Assembly (NCBI GenBank): GCA_044376115.1
Contig: JBILLK010000025.1
Coordinates: 32,001 to 96,000, forward strand
Length of the DNA: 64,000 nucleotides
Direction of reading: 5' to 3'
DNA from: Polyangiaceae bacterium
Lineage (GTDB): Bacteria; Myxococcota_A; Polyangia; Polyangiales; Polyangiaceae
Under the pieces are notes generated by a model, which was given only the letters and a program-made list of their open reading frames with translations, was not told where the DNA came from and did no database searches. Position 1 is the stretch's first letter. The number at the start of each line of letters is the position of its first letter. Shown one piece after another: positions 9,499 through 19,700 of the stretch. Made by a program: the position numbers and the translations under genes.

Positions 9499-9514
9499 TG
9501 GTACGCCACTCGCA
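9499..9514 (+). promoter_or_regulatory. Putative sigma54 -24/-12 promoter of recA-ssb
   Basis: TGGTAC-GCCAC-TCGCA has GG-N10-GC spacing, 37 nt before the recA ATG; GAGG RBS follows. Confidence 0.5.
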
Positions 9515-9550
9515 AAGGAGGCTGCGTGGCTCGCCACATGAGAGGTTTTT

Positions 9551-10564
<1,014 letters not shown>

Positions 10565-10622
10565 GTCGGGCATCGGTCACAACGTTTTAACTGTCGATTG
10601 AAAACAAAGAATTGAGGATGTC

Positions 10623-11195
10623 ATGAGCAACGGAACGAATCGCGTAACTCTCTTTGGAAACCTTGGCGCTGATCCGGAGTTTCGAATCACGCAGAGCGGT
10701 CAGATGATCCTGCGGCTGCGCATCGCTACCAACGATGCCTACCGCGACAAGGAGAACAAGCTGATCGAGCGCACCGATTGGCACGATGTCGTGGTCTTCG
10801 GTAGCCGTGCCGAGCCGCTCGCGCGCATGCTCACCAAGGGTGAGCCGCTGTTCGTGTACGGCAGCATTCGCTACTCGTCGTACGAGAAGGACGGCGTCTC
10901 GCGAACGCGCACCGAGATCATGGCGCGCGACATCGGCCTCTCGGGGCGCGGCAAGCGTCCGCTGTTGGCCTCGTCGGCGGTACCGATGACCTTGTCCGAA
11001 CCCAGCGAACCGACCGATACAGCGGACACGGCCGAGCAGCCCTACGGCGTCGCCGCGGCACCGGTCGAGCCCGCGCAGCCGATCGAGGTCGCTCGTCCCA
11101 TCGAGCCCGTCCGCCCGATCGACGAGGCGGCTGGCCCGGTGGACTTTCCGAAGAAGCGCAAGCGGCCCGAGATGAACGCTCCGGCCCCGGCCTGA
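10623..11195 (+). CDS. ssb: Single-stranded DNA-binding protein with atypical C-terminus
   Basis: OB fold NRVTLFGNLGADPE...TDWHDVVVFG...KG; Pro/Glu-rich tail. Confidence 0.9.
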   Translation: MSNGTNRVTLFGNLGADPEFRITQSGQMILRLRIATNDAYRDKENKLIERTDWHDVVVFGSRAEPLARMLTKGEPLFVYGSIRYSSYEKDGVSRTRTEIMARDIGLSGRGKRPLLASSAVPMTLSEPSEPTDTADTAEQPYGVAAAPVEPAQPIEVARPIEPVRPIDEAAGPVDFPKKRKRPEMNAPAPA

Positions 11196-11210
11196 GCTTC
11201 GAGCGACGAA

Positions 11211-11262
11211 CTCACCCCGCTCGCACTCTCCCAACGCGGGGAGGGCGGCGGGCGGGGATGAG
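11211..11262. terminator. Long imperfect hairpin between convergent ssb and acyltransferase genes
   Basis: ctcaccccgctcgc pairs with gcgggcggggatgag; inner ctctccc/ggggaggg stem. Confidence 0.45.
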
Positions 11263-11271
11263 CCCTCCGCG

Positions 11272-12078
11272 TTAGGCGGCGGGTTGCGCGGCTTCAGCGC
11301 TGACGGCGGAAACAGCGGCACGCGGGGCGGAGCGCACGACTCCGACCTCGCGGCGCAGCTCGGGGAGCGCATCGGCGATGGCGTCACGAACACGTTCGCG
11401 CAGCGTAGCGACGTCATCCACCGTCATGCCCACGGTGGAGATGGGCGCGAGCACCTGAACCTTCGCCTTGGCTTCGCCGAACCACTTGGAGCCTTTGGGC
11501 CTGCACTCACGCGTACCAGCGACGGCGAGCGGGAGCACCGGAACTTGCGCTTCGATCGCCAGGCGAAACGCGCCGTCACGGAAGGGCAAAAGCTCGCCTG
11601 TCTTGGAGCGCGTCCCTTCGGGGAAGAGCATCACCGGGATGCCGGCGGCGAGCGCTCGCTTGCACTCGTTCATCATGTCGCGAACGCTGTCTCCGTCCCC
11701 GCGGCGCAGCGGAATATCTCCGCTCCATTTGAAGCAGTTGCCGATCACCGGCAGCTTGAAGAGCTCTTCTTTACCCACCCAGCGCATGTCCCACGGCAAG
11801 TAGGAGATCAGGAACGGATCCGCCGTGGACTCATGATTGGCGACCACCACGTAAGGTGCGCTGTGAATGTCGGCGGGGCCTTCACCTTTGACGCTGAAGT
11901 CCCAAAGCGGCGTCATGCGGCTGGTGAGCCAGCCGAGCCTGCGCATCCAGCGGCCGGACTCCCGCATCGCCGGATCACCGCGGTGCCGCAGCCACGAGGC
12001 CGCCATCACCGGCATGAAGGCCGCGACGATGGTGCCGAACTCTGCATAGGTGTAGACGCCGAGAGCGAGTTTTCGCAT
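11272..12078 (-). CDS. Lysophospholipid (1-acyl-G3P) acyltransferase, PlsC family
   Basis: NHESTAD (HX4D), KEELF, FPEGTRS motifs. Confidence 0.9.
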   Translation of the reverse strand: MRKLALGVYTYAEFGTIVAAFMPVMAASWLRHRGDPAMRESGRWMRRLGWLTSRMTPLWDFSVKGEGPADIHSAPYVVVANHESTADPFLISYLPWDMRWVGKEELFKLPVIGNCFKWSGDIPLRRGDGDSVRDMMNECKRALAAGIPVMLFPEGTRSKTGELLPFRDGAFRLAIEAQVPVLPLAVAGTRECRPKGSKWFGEAKAKVQVLAPISTVGMTVDDVATLRERVRDAIADALPELRREVGVVRSAPRAAVSAVSAEAAQPAA

Positions 12079-12173
12079 GGCGGAAGACCCTAGTCGGGAG
12101 TTCTGTCTCTTTGGTGTCACGATTCGGTTTAGACGCGCTGATATCGGATGGCGCACCGTGTTAGGACCTGCGG

Positions 12174-12938
12174 GTGCGCGCGCTATCTCTCCCCGGCTGT
12201 GGTTGTCGAGGCGCCTTCCAATTCGCGGTGCTCGCGCGTTTGGAGGCGGCTGGGGAGCGCTTCGACGTGGCTGCGGGAGCCTCCAGCGGCTCGATCGCAG
12301 CGGCCGCCTACGTCGCCGGCAAGTGCTCGCTTGGCCCGGCGATTTATCGATCGCTCGCCGGAACGCCAGTCTTTTCGGCGCGCTGGCTGGCCTCCGAGCG
12401 GAGCCCGTTTGGTATGACGCGCATCGTTGGTGACGCGCTGCGTGAGCATCTGCCGGAGGCGCTCATTCACGAGAGCAAGGTGGAGCTGCTGGTCTCGACC
12501 ACCACCGTGCCCGGGCTGCTCCGTCAGCTGGCTTGGAAGGACGGCAAGGCGGTCATCCACTCGAGCCGAGCACGGCGCGACGTCCACTCGCTGCTCTTGG
12601 CGAGCTGCACCTTCCCACCGTTTTATGCGAGAGTCCCGCGGCTCGACGGTCGTTTCCACTTCGATGGCGGCGCTACCGACAACAGCCTGATCGATGCGCT
12701 GGTGGAGCGCGGAGCCCGCGAGATCACGGTGATCACCCCGCACCCAGATGGGTCGGTCTACCGCGGTTTGTTTCGCCCGCTGGAGAAGCCGCGGGCGGCT
12801 GGGATCACCCTGCGGGTGATCGCGCCGGCGCGGAAGCTTTCGATTCGCAGCTTCGACTTCGATCCGCAGCGGCTCACCGAGGCGCTCGAGATGGAGCACG
12901 TCGAGCATTTCTTCGAGCCGGTCGCGAGGTCGAGTTGA
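12174..12938 (+). CDS. Patatin-like phospholipase
   Basis: GCGCRG oxyanion loop, GASSG nucleophile, DGG motif. Confidence 0.85.
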   Translation: MRALSLPGCGCRGAFQFAVLARLEAAGERFDVAAGASSGSIAAAAYVAGKCSLGPAIYRSLAGTPVFSARWLASERSPFGMTRIVGDALREHLPEALIHESKVELLVSTTTVPGLLRQLAWKDGKAVIHSSRARRDVHSLLLASCTFPPFYARVPRLDGRFHFDGGATDNSLIDALVERGAREITVITPHPDGSVYRGLFRPLEKPRAAGITLRVIAPARKLSIRSFDFDPQRLTEALEMEHVEHFFEPVARSS

Positions 12939-13924
12939 CGCTCGAGGCGACCGCATCTCCCGCGCCCCAAGGCGAGCTCGAGCGGGAGCCTCCGGCGCCG
13001 TCGTTGTGGGCGCTGTTGGCCGTCACGGTCGCGCTCGGGCCGGGGGCTGGACACGCTTACGCCGGTCATCCCCGGCGCGCGGCGTTCTTTGCCGCGCCCG
13101 GCTCCATCGCGTCGACGTTCACCGCCGTTTGGTGGCTGGTTTGGCAACCGAGCCTGCTCGCTGTTTCGCTTGGGATTTCGCTTTTGTTGCTGGCCGGTGC
13201 CGCGTTCGATCTGGTGCGGCTTTCGTCAAGCGCGGAGCCGAGTGCTCGAACGGGGGCTCGGGCGAAGTCGTTCGGCGCTTTCGCCTTGGCGTCGTTTGCT
13301 GGGGGCGCCGTAGCGACAGCGCTCGCCTTGGCCTTGTTGGTCTCGGTGACCAAGGTGAAGAACCGTTCGATGTTGCCGACGCTCGGTTACGGCAACCTTG
13401 TGGTGCTGTACCGGCAGGGTGTAGCCGATGTCGGTGAGGTCGTGGTGGTAACGCCAGAGCCCGGCTCGACCAAGCTCTCCACGCTGCGCGTGGTGGGGTT
13501 GCCCGGCGACACCGTGGAGGTTCGGGATGCCGGCCTGTGGGTCAATGGCCGCGAGATTGAGCGTTGTTTCGTTGGGGTCGCGCCGATCGGCCGCAAGCGC
13601 AAGAAGCTCAAGCTGTACGTTGAGAAGCTCGGTGGGCTACACCTGATCGCAACCGACACCAAGCCCTCGCGGAAGCCGGTGGGGCCGTTCGTGGTTGGCG
13701 AGCGCGAGATCTTTCTGCTCGGTGATTACCGCAGCCGTGCGAAGGACTCGCGTTCGTTCAAAGCGCCGATCGCTTCGTCCCAGTTGCGCGGGAGCGCCGA
13801 GCGCTTCCTCACCCGGGCGCGACCAGGCATCTTCGCCGTGGACGAACTTGAGTTGCCGCGCGGTGCCGAGGCGCTCAAAGAAGAAGTTCGCCTGTGTGTG
13901 GGCAAGCTGCAAAGCCCGCGCTAG
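12935..13924 (+). CDS. Signal peptidase I (S26)-like membrane protein with degenerate active site
   Basis: N-terminal TM helices; SMLPTL, RVVGLPGD, GDYR..AKDSR boxes; TTG start overlaps the patatin stop. Confidence 0.75.
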   Translation: MTLEATASPAPQGELEREPPAPSLWALLAVTVALGPGAGHAYAGHPRRAAFFAAPGSIASTFTAVWWLVWQPSLLAVSLGISLLLLAGAAFDLVRLSSSAEPSARTGARAKSFGAFALASFAGGAVATALALALLVSVTKVKNRSMLPTLGYGNLVVLYRQGVADVGEVVVVTPEPGSTKLSTLRVVGLPGDTVEVRDAGLWVNGREIERCFVGVAPIGRKRKKLKLYVEKLGGLHLIATDTKPSRKPVGPFVVGEREIFLLGDYRSRAKDSRSFKAPIASSQLRGSAERFLTRARPGIFAVDELELPRGAEALKEEVRLCVGKLQSPR

Positions 13925-13939
13925 TCGCGACGTGGGAGC

Positions 13940-14959
13940 TCAGAAGGCGGTTTCATTCGTGATGCGTTGGTCTGCCTCGAGCCAGCGCTCATCGAGCCAC
14001 TGCAGCAACTCGGCTGAACCCTTCGGCAGCGTCGACCGAGCGAAGCGCGCGACGTTCACGCGTACGTGGCGGTGCGCTAGGCCCGTCTTCGCGATGTCGG
14101 AGAGCTCCGCTGTTCCGTGCAGACCCGAGTGGGAAATGATCACGACGTCACTCTCCGCGGCGGATTCGAGCAGCGCCAACGTGCCGCCCTTCTGAATCGG
14201 TAACACTCTGCGAATGCCCGCCAAACGTGCAGCTCGGCTCGGATCGCTCACAGCGAGCTTCTCCAGCGCCCGGCTGCGCTTGGCCTCGGTAAAGCGTGTG
14301 CCTTCCGGGTAGATCAGCACGCCCTCCCGCTCACCAAGATTGCGGGCAAGCGCTGCCACGCGGCCGATCTCCCGCTCGCTGTTTTGGCCACTGCGCGAGA
14401 CGAAGCAATTGGGGACGCGGTGCCCGGCCACATCCAAACAAGGCACCGCCAGCAGCTCCTGCTTGAGCACGAAGCGCAGCCGCATCCCGAGCGGCACCGA
14501 GACCAGCGCCGTGGGCAAAAGCGTATCCACGATCGACGAGTGCGTTACCAGCACCACCACCGGCCCAGGCGCGAGCAACTCCTGGCCGCTCAGTTCGAAG
14601 CGCAGACTGAAGATGATGCGGATCGACTCGAGCAAGAAGCGCGTCCAGCCGCCTTGGATCTTGTAGGTGGTGGCGAGAAAACGCTCACTGCTTCGATCGG
14701 CGAAAAGGCCTGTGAAAAACAGCAGCCACAGTCCGAAAACCTCGGCGAGGCAGTACACCGGCAGAAAGATGAAGAGCCGCGTCAGGTTCCTGCCTCGATC
14801 CCCGCGCGCAAGGTCTACCAGCAGCCCCAGCGGGATCAACAGCGGCAGGAGCGAGGAGGTGAGGACCCACAGCACCACGACGATCGGGATGCTTACGGCG
14901 CGCCGACGGAAGCGACCTCGGTAGGTGCTTTCATGCATCTCCATGAGCTCAGCGGCCAT
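13940..14959 (-). CDS. Membrane-bound acyltransferase, PlsC-like
   Basis: THSSIVD (HX4D), FVLKQEL, YPEGTR; N-terminal TM helices. Confidence 0.85.
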   Translation of the reverse strand: MAAELMEMHESTYRGRFRRRAVSIPIVVVLWVLTSSLLPLLIPLGLLVDLARGDRGRNLTRLFIFLPVYCLAEVFGLWLLFFTGLFADRSSERFLATTYKIQGGWTRFLLESIRIIFSLRFELSGQELLAPGPVVVLVTHSSIVDTLLPTALVSVPLGMRLRFVLKQELLAVPCLDVAGHRVPNCFVSRSGQNSEREIGRVAALARNLGEREGVLIYPEGTRFTEAKRSRALEKLAVSDPSRAARLAGIRRVLPIQKGGTLALLESAAESDVVIISHSGLHGTAELSDIAKTGLAHRHVRVNVARFARSTLPKGSAELLQWLDERWLEADQRITNETAF

Positions 14960-15065
14960 TGCGCGCAGAAGCTAGCACGGGGCTGCGAGTCGGCTAGGAC
15001 CGCGTGCGCCGGATCGCTGGTTGCTTGTTTGGCCCGATTTCAAGGGGCATGGTAGCCAAAATCGT

Positions 15066-15392
15066 ATGAAGGCTCTCGAGGTCACACAGAGTGGGCGCGC
15101 GTTTCGTCGGGCCGAGGTTGCGGTGTGGGTGGAGGAGCGCACCAATGACGCGCTCTACCTTCAACGCGCGACCAACCTCTCGCTCGGTGGCATCTGGCTC
15201 GAAGGCACGTTGCCGCATCCGCCCGGAACCAAGGTCTCGCTCGACATCGAGCTGCCCGGCGATGGTCCGCTGCGGGTGGATGGCGAAGTGGTGATGCGAC
15301 AAGACCGCGGCGTCGGTATGGCGGTTCGCTTCCTGCCGCTGCCGCAAGCCCGTCGCGAACGGCTCGAGGCCTTTCTCAGCGCGCACGTCTGA
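15066..15392 (+). CDS. PilZ domain protein (c-di-GMP receptor)
   Basis: RxxxR (RAFRR) and NLSLGG motifs; GMAVRF. Confidence 0.8.
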   Translation: MKALEVTQSGRAFRRAEVAVWVEERTNDALYLQRATNLSLGGIWLEGTLPHPPGTKVSLDIELPGDGPLRVDGEVVMRQDRGVGMAVRFLPLPQARRERLEAFLSAHV

Positions 15393-15419
15393 GGCCCGGC
15401 TCGTCCCGGCTCTCCCCGG

Positions 15420-16655
15420 CTACAGCTTGCTCACCGCCGAGCAGCCGGAGTGGCCGGGAACGCCCAGGGACTTGGCCAGCGCGCATAGCTTCTTGGCCCT
15501 CGCGATGGTGTCGGGCTCACCGCGAGAAAGCCCGCTCTTCGCGGTCCGCTCAGCGTTGTCTGCGAGCCCAATCAACGCTGTTTCAGGCAGCCGCGGCCGG
15601 GCCGCGAGCAACGCTTTCTCCAGGAAGGGGCTGGGGCTTGGGTGGCGGGCCCACAGCGTCGGATCGACCAGGAGCGTGGCTTCGAGCGAGCTCGATATGC
15701 GCGCTCCGTCTTCGGTGTCGGCGCACGGCAAGCGAGGATCGTCAGGACCGAAGTCGGTGCTCGCCAGCTTCTTCGCCGCGAGCCGCTTCATCAGCTCCGC
15801 CGATTCCGCGGCTGTCAGCAGGGTGGCTCCGTCCAGCTTGTTCGCGTTGACCGCTTCCACGAGCGCTTTGCAGGCGGCCTTGCGCTTCTCCACCACCTCG
15901 CGGGCCTCGCGCTCTTTGCGCAGCCGCGCTTCTTCAGCGAGCCTCTGTTCGGCCTCTAGACGTTGTCGTTGCTCGCAGGCCGTGCGTTTCTGATCACGCA
16001 ACTCGAGCGCTGCAGCGGTGGCCCAACTCGAGTCGGCCTCGGCGAGGTCTTTGATCAAACATTCGTCGGTGCGTTCGATCAACGCCTGCGCGCTGTCGCG
16101 CTTGACCCGAACGAACACCACGCTGGTAGTCGCGATCAGCAGCGTCAGAACCGCGAGGCTGGCGAAGACGATGCGCTTTTGCTGACGCCGCCGCAGCGCC
16201 GTCTCGAGCCACTCTCCGCCTTCGAGCTTGGCGCGCGTATCGGCGACGAGCTCGGTGTAAGCAAGCATGTCGCGCGCGAGCTCGGACAGCGGCAACGACA
16301 GGCCTTTGTCTTGTCGAACCTTCTGCGCCAGCCGCTCGATGCAGGCCGATATGTCCGGGCGTCGGCCATCGACCGTCAGGGCGGTTATGACGTCCATGAA
16401 GCCGAAGGGGCCGGCGTGCAGCTTCCAGGCGACGATGGCGTTCGCCTGCGAAATCAGCAGGCGTTGCCCGACCGATTGGGCCGCCGCCATCGGTAGGCTG
16501 GACTCGACGTCGACACGGGGAACCCCGGCGAGCGTCGCGACCTCGCTGATCCCTCGTTGATACCCAGCCAACAGGCCGTCGGGCGCGAGCTCCTCCAGCC
16601 CGGTGAGGATGCGGTTGGAGAGGATGCAACTTGCGGCATATTCCACCGGGCCCAT
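15420..16655 (-). CDS. Hypothetical single-pass membrane protein with coiled coil
   Basis: Central TM (IVFASLAVLTLLIATTSVVFV), E/R/A-rich coiled coil, Cys pairs in C-terminal part; start uncertain. Confidence 0.6.
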   Translation of the reverse strand: MGPVEYAASCILSNRILTGLEELAPDGLLAGYQRGISEVATLAGVPRVDVESSLPMAAAQSVGQRLLISQANAIVAWKLHAGPFGFMDVITALTVDGRRPDISACIERLAQKVRQDKGLSLPLSELARDMLAYTELVADTRAKLEGGEWLETALRRRQQKRIVFASLAVLTLLIATTSVVFVRVKRDSAQALIERTDECLIKDLAEADSSWATAAALELRDQKRTACEQRQRLEAEQRLAEEARLRKEREAREVVEKRKAACKALVEAVNANKLDGATLLTAAESAELMKRLAAKKLASTDFGPDDPRLPCADTEDGARISSSLEATLLVDPTLWARHPSPSPFLEKALLAARPRLPETALIGLADNAERTAKSGLSRGEPDTIARAKKLCALAKSLGVPGHSGCSAVSKL

Positions 16656-16793
16656 CGCCGCGCGGAGGAACGTGTTGCTGATGCGCCGGGCGGGTGTGCC
16701 TCCTCTTCCGACCATCTTCGTTCGAGGGGTGATATCACACGGGCAGCCCACAGCGCTGTCAGAAGTTGGCGCGAGGTGCGCTACGGTGGCGCT

Positions 16794-19700
16794 GTGGAGC
16801 TGTCTCCCCCGAATGTGAGCACGGACACGAGCCCCGCGGTCTCGTTGCGGGCGTTAGAGCCAGGCACCGTCCTGGACTCACGCTACCGCTTGGTTGAACG
16901 CATCGGTCGTGGCGGCTTCGGCGACGTTTGGCGCGCCGTGGAGCTGCTGCCCGACGGAGCCCCGCTTCGGGATGTCGCGTTGAAGCTGCTGTCCCCCGAG
17001 ATGGACAGCTCCAATTGGGCTGAAGAAGCGAAGTTGCTCGCTTCGTTCAGCCACCCTTCGCTGGTCACGATCTACGCGACCGGCATCCTCGAGAAGCCCG
17101 CGGTGCCCTTCGTCGCGATGGAGCTTTTGCTTGGTGAAACGCTGGCCGAGCTGGTGCGGCGGCGTACTAAGTTTCCCTGGAGGCTCGCACTTCGCTACGT
17201 AGCGGCCGTAGCGCGAGCGCTCGACGTCATCCACCAGCGCGGCGTGATCCACCTTGATTTGAAGCCCGCCAACATCTTCGTCACCAGTGATGGTCGGGTG
17301 AAGGTGCTGGACTTCGGTATCTCGCGCACTCGCTCCAACGCGAACGCGCCCAAGGTGGCCGCCAAGCTCAATGACACCGTTACGCTGAAAGAGGGAGCTC
17401 TGCCTTCGGAGACCTTTGATTCGATGGCGACGGCGGCTTTTCTCGCCGGCACCCAAGAAGCCTACGCCGCCACACAAATGGCCGCGGCCGGTGAAGTGGC
17501 AGACGGCACGCGCGTGGTGGTGGGCACCCCAGGCTACGTCGCTCCGGAGGTGCTCTTGGCCGGCGTGCCAACCATGCGCGCAGACGCCTATGCGCTGGGC
17601 GTGACGTTGGCGGTGCTCGCCACCGGCAAGCTCCCGCACGACGTACCGGAAGAGCCCGCCGATGAGGGCTCGGCCGAGGATTACCGCACGTATTGGATGT
17701 CGCTGCGTGAGTCGACCTTGCGTGGGTCGCTGCGCAGCTTCGACGGTTTGGGTCTACCACGCGGTGTGGTGGCGTTGATTGTGCGTCTTTGCGCGGTCGA
17801 TCCCGAGCGACGGGGGGTAAGTGAGGGCGGGCTCGGTAGCCTCCTCGATGAGGTTTGGGAGCAGCCGCATGGCGTGCCCGAGCTTCCGTACCCAGGGCTC
17901 ATGCCGTTCGGCGAGGCCCACGAAGGCTTCTTGTTTGGGCGCGATCCCGATCTCGCGCGCACGCTACGGCACCTCACGTACGAGTCGCTCGTCGTCATCT
18001 CGGGGCCCTTTGGTGCGGGCAAAACGTCCTTCGTTCGTGCAGCGCTGCTGCCGGCCTTGGCGAAGGGCGGCGTCGACGGTGCCTTCGACGTCGAGCTCAT
18101 CAGCCTATCGGCTGCGAGTGGTCCCGATCGCACGTTGTTCGGCGGCACCACGGTCGAGCAGCTGCTCGAGCCTGAAGAAGGTCGAGCCCGGGTGGTCTTC
18201 ATCGATGATCTCGAAGAACTCGCTGCCTTCCCGCCGGATGAACGCAGGCTGACCGTCGCGCTGATCGAGCGCCTCTTGGCGGGCGAACGTCGCCAGGGAT
18301 TTCGCTTGGTGCTCGCGCTCGAGCAGGAGTCGCTCGCGACCCTGGCGGGTCTCTCGCCCGGCCTCAACGGGCTCTCCGCGAGCATCCGCTATTTGGCGCC
18401 ACCCAGTGAAGCGCAGGCCAAAGAGCTCGCCATCGAGCCAGCGCTGAGGGCCGGCTGGCGGGTCGAGAGCGAGCGCGAGATCGTCTCGTTGATTGCTCAA
18501 GAGCTAGCCAAGGTGCCAGTCCCACTGCCGATGGTCGCGCTGATTTTGGCCGAGAGCACCTCCGAACCGGAGGCCTTCGTCCCGACGCGACCTGCGCGCG
18601 CTTCGCTCGATAGCAGCGGCACGACGGTGGTTCTCGCGGAGGAGCGGCGCACTTTGGATGGGCGCCTGATGCACAAGGCCGGAGTCGCTGCGACCGTTCA
18701 CCGCGCGGCTGAGCGCGCGTGGAAAGGCCTCGCGGATGATTCACATGCGATGGACTTGTTGGTGCTCCTCACCACCTCGGAAGGGGAACCCATCCGCGTC
18801 AACGTCAGCACTCTTTGCGACCGGCTTGGCATGGAGTCGGTCGACGAGCTTTGCGATCGGCTGCGTCGACGACGCTTGATCGTCCAGCGCGGGCTCGAGG
18901 TCGAGCTGGCGCATCCGGCGCTCGCACGGTGGTCGAGGCTGGAGAGCGCACGGCTCTCTTCGCTCGATCAAATCGCCTTGCGCGAGCGCATCTCGGAGGC
19001 GGCGCTGGCGTGGGAGAAAGCGTCGATGAACTCGGCCTATCTCGCCCGTGCTGGCCTCTTGTCCGAGGTGGATCGGCAGGGCGTCGTGCTGAAGGCGTTG
19101 TCGGGGCTCGAGGTCGAGTTCCTTTCGGTCTCCCGTCGCGCGCGCCGTCAGCGCCGCCTGGTGCAGTTGGGCGCTGTGTTTGCGGCCTTGTTGGTCGCGC
19201 TGGTGGGGCTGCTCTATCGCGGGGAGCTGTTGAAGCGCCGCCGGGACGCCGAGACCAAGCAGAAGGAGGCTCAACAAGAGGCGCTGCGGGTTGGCTTGGT
19301 CGCGCGTGCGCGCCAGGCCTCGGATCCGTACGAGCGGATCGCCTACCTCGTCGCTTCGTTGAAAGAGGGCGCTGCCGAGCCTGCGCTGTTCGTGGAGCTG
19401 CTGGGCGCCGCGAGCGATCTCCCGCCTGGGCGCTTCTTGTCGCTCGAGCCCCTCGATTCGCTGCAGATGCCTTGGAACGATCGCTGGGTGATGGGGCGCT
19501 CCCCGGCCGGCGGTTTGGTGGTGTTCGATCTGCGTTCGCCCATCGCCGAACCAGAGTCGCTCGATAACGTGGACCCGACCATGGACCCGGCGCGAGCGAG
19601 CGTCGTTCATCGTCCGCCCAAACGCTTCGAGATCGCGATCGGTAACGCGCCGATCGTCGACACGACGCCCTTTCTCTTCGACACCTCGCTGTTCGCGCAG

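Noticed and set aside
9360..9550. LexA/SOS box upstream of recA
   Set aside because: No recognisable myxobacterial, E. coli-type or Gram-positive-type LexA box was seen by eye.
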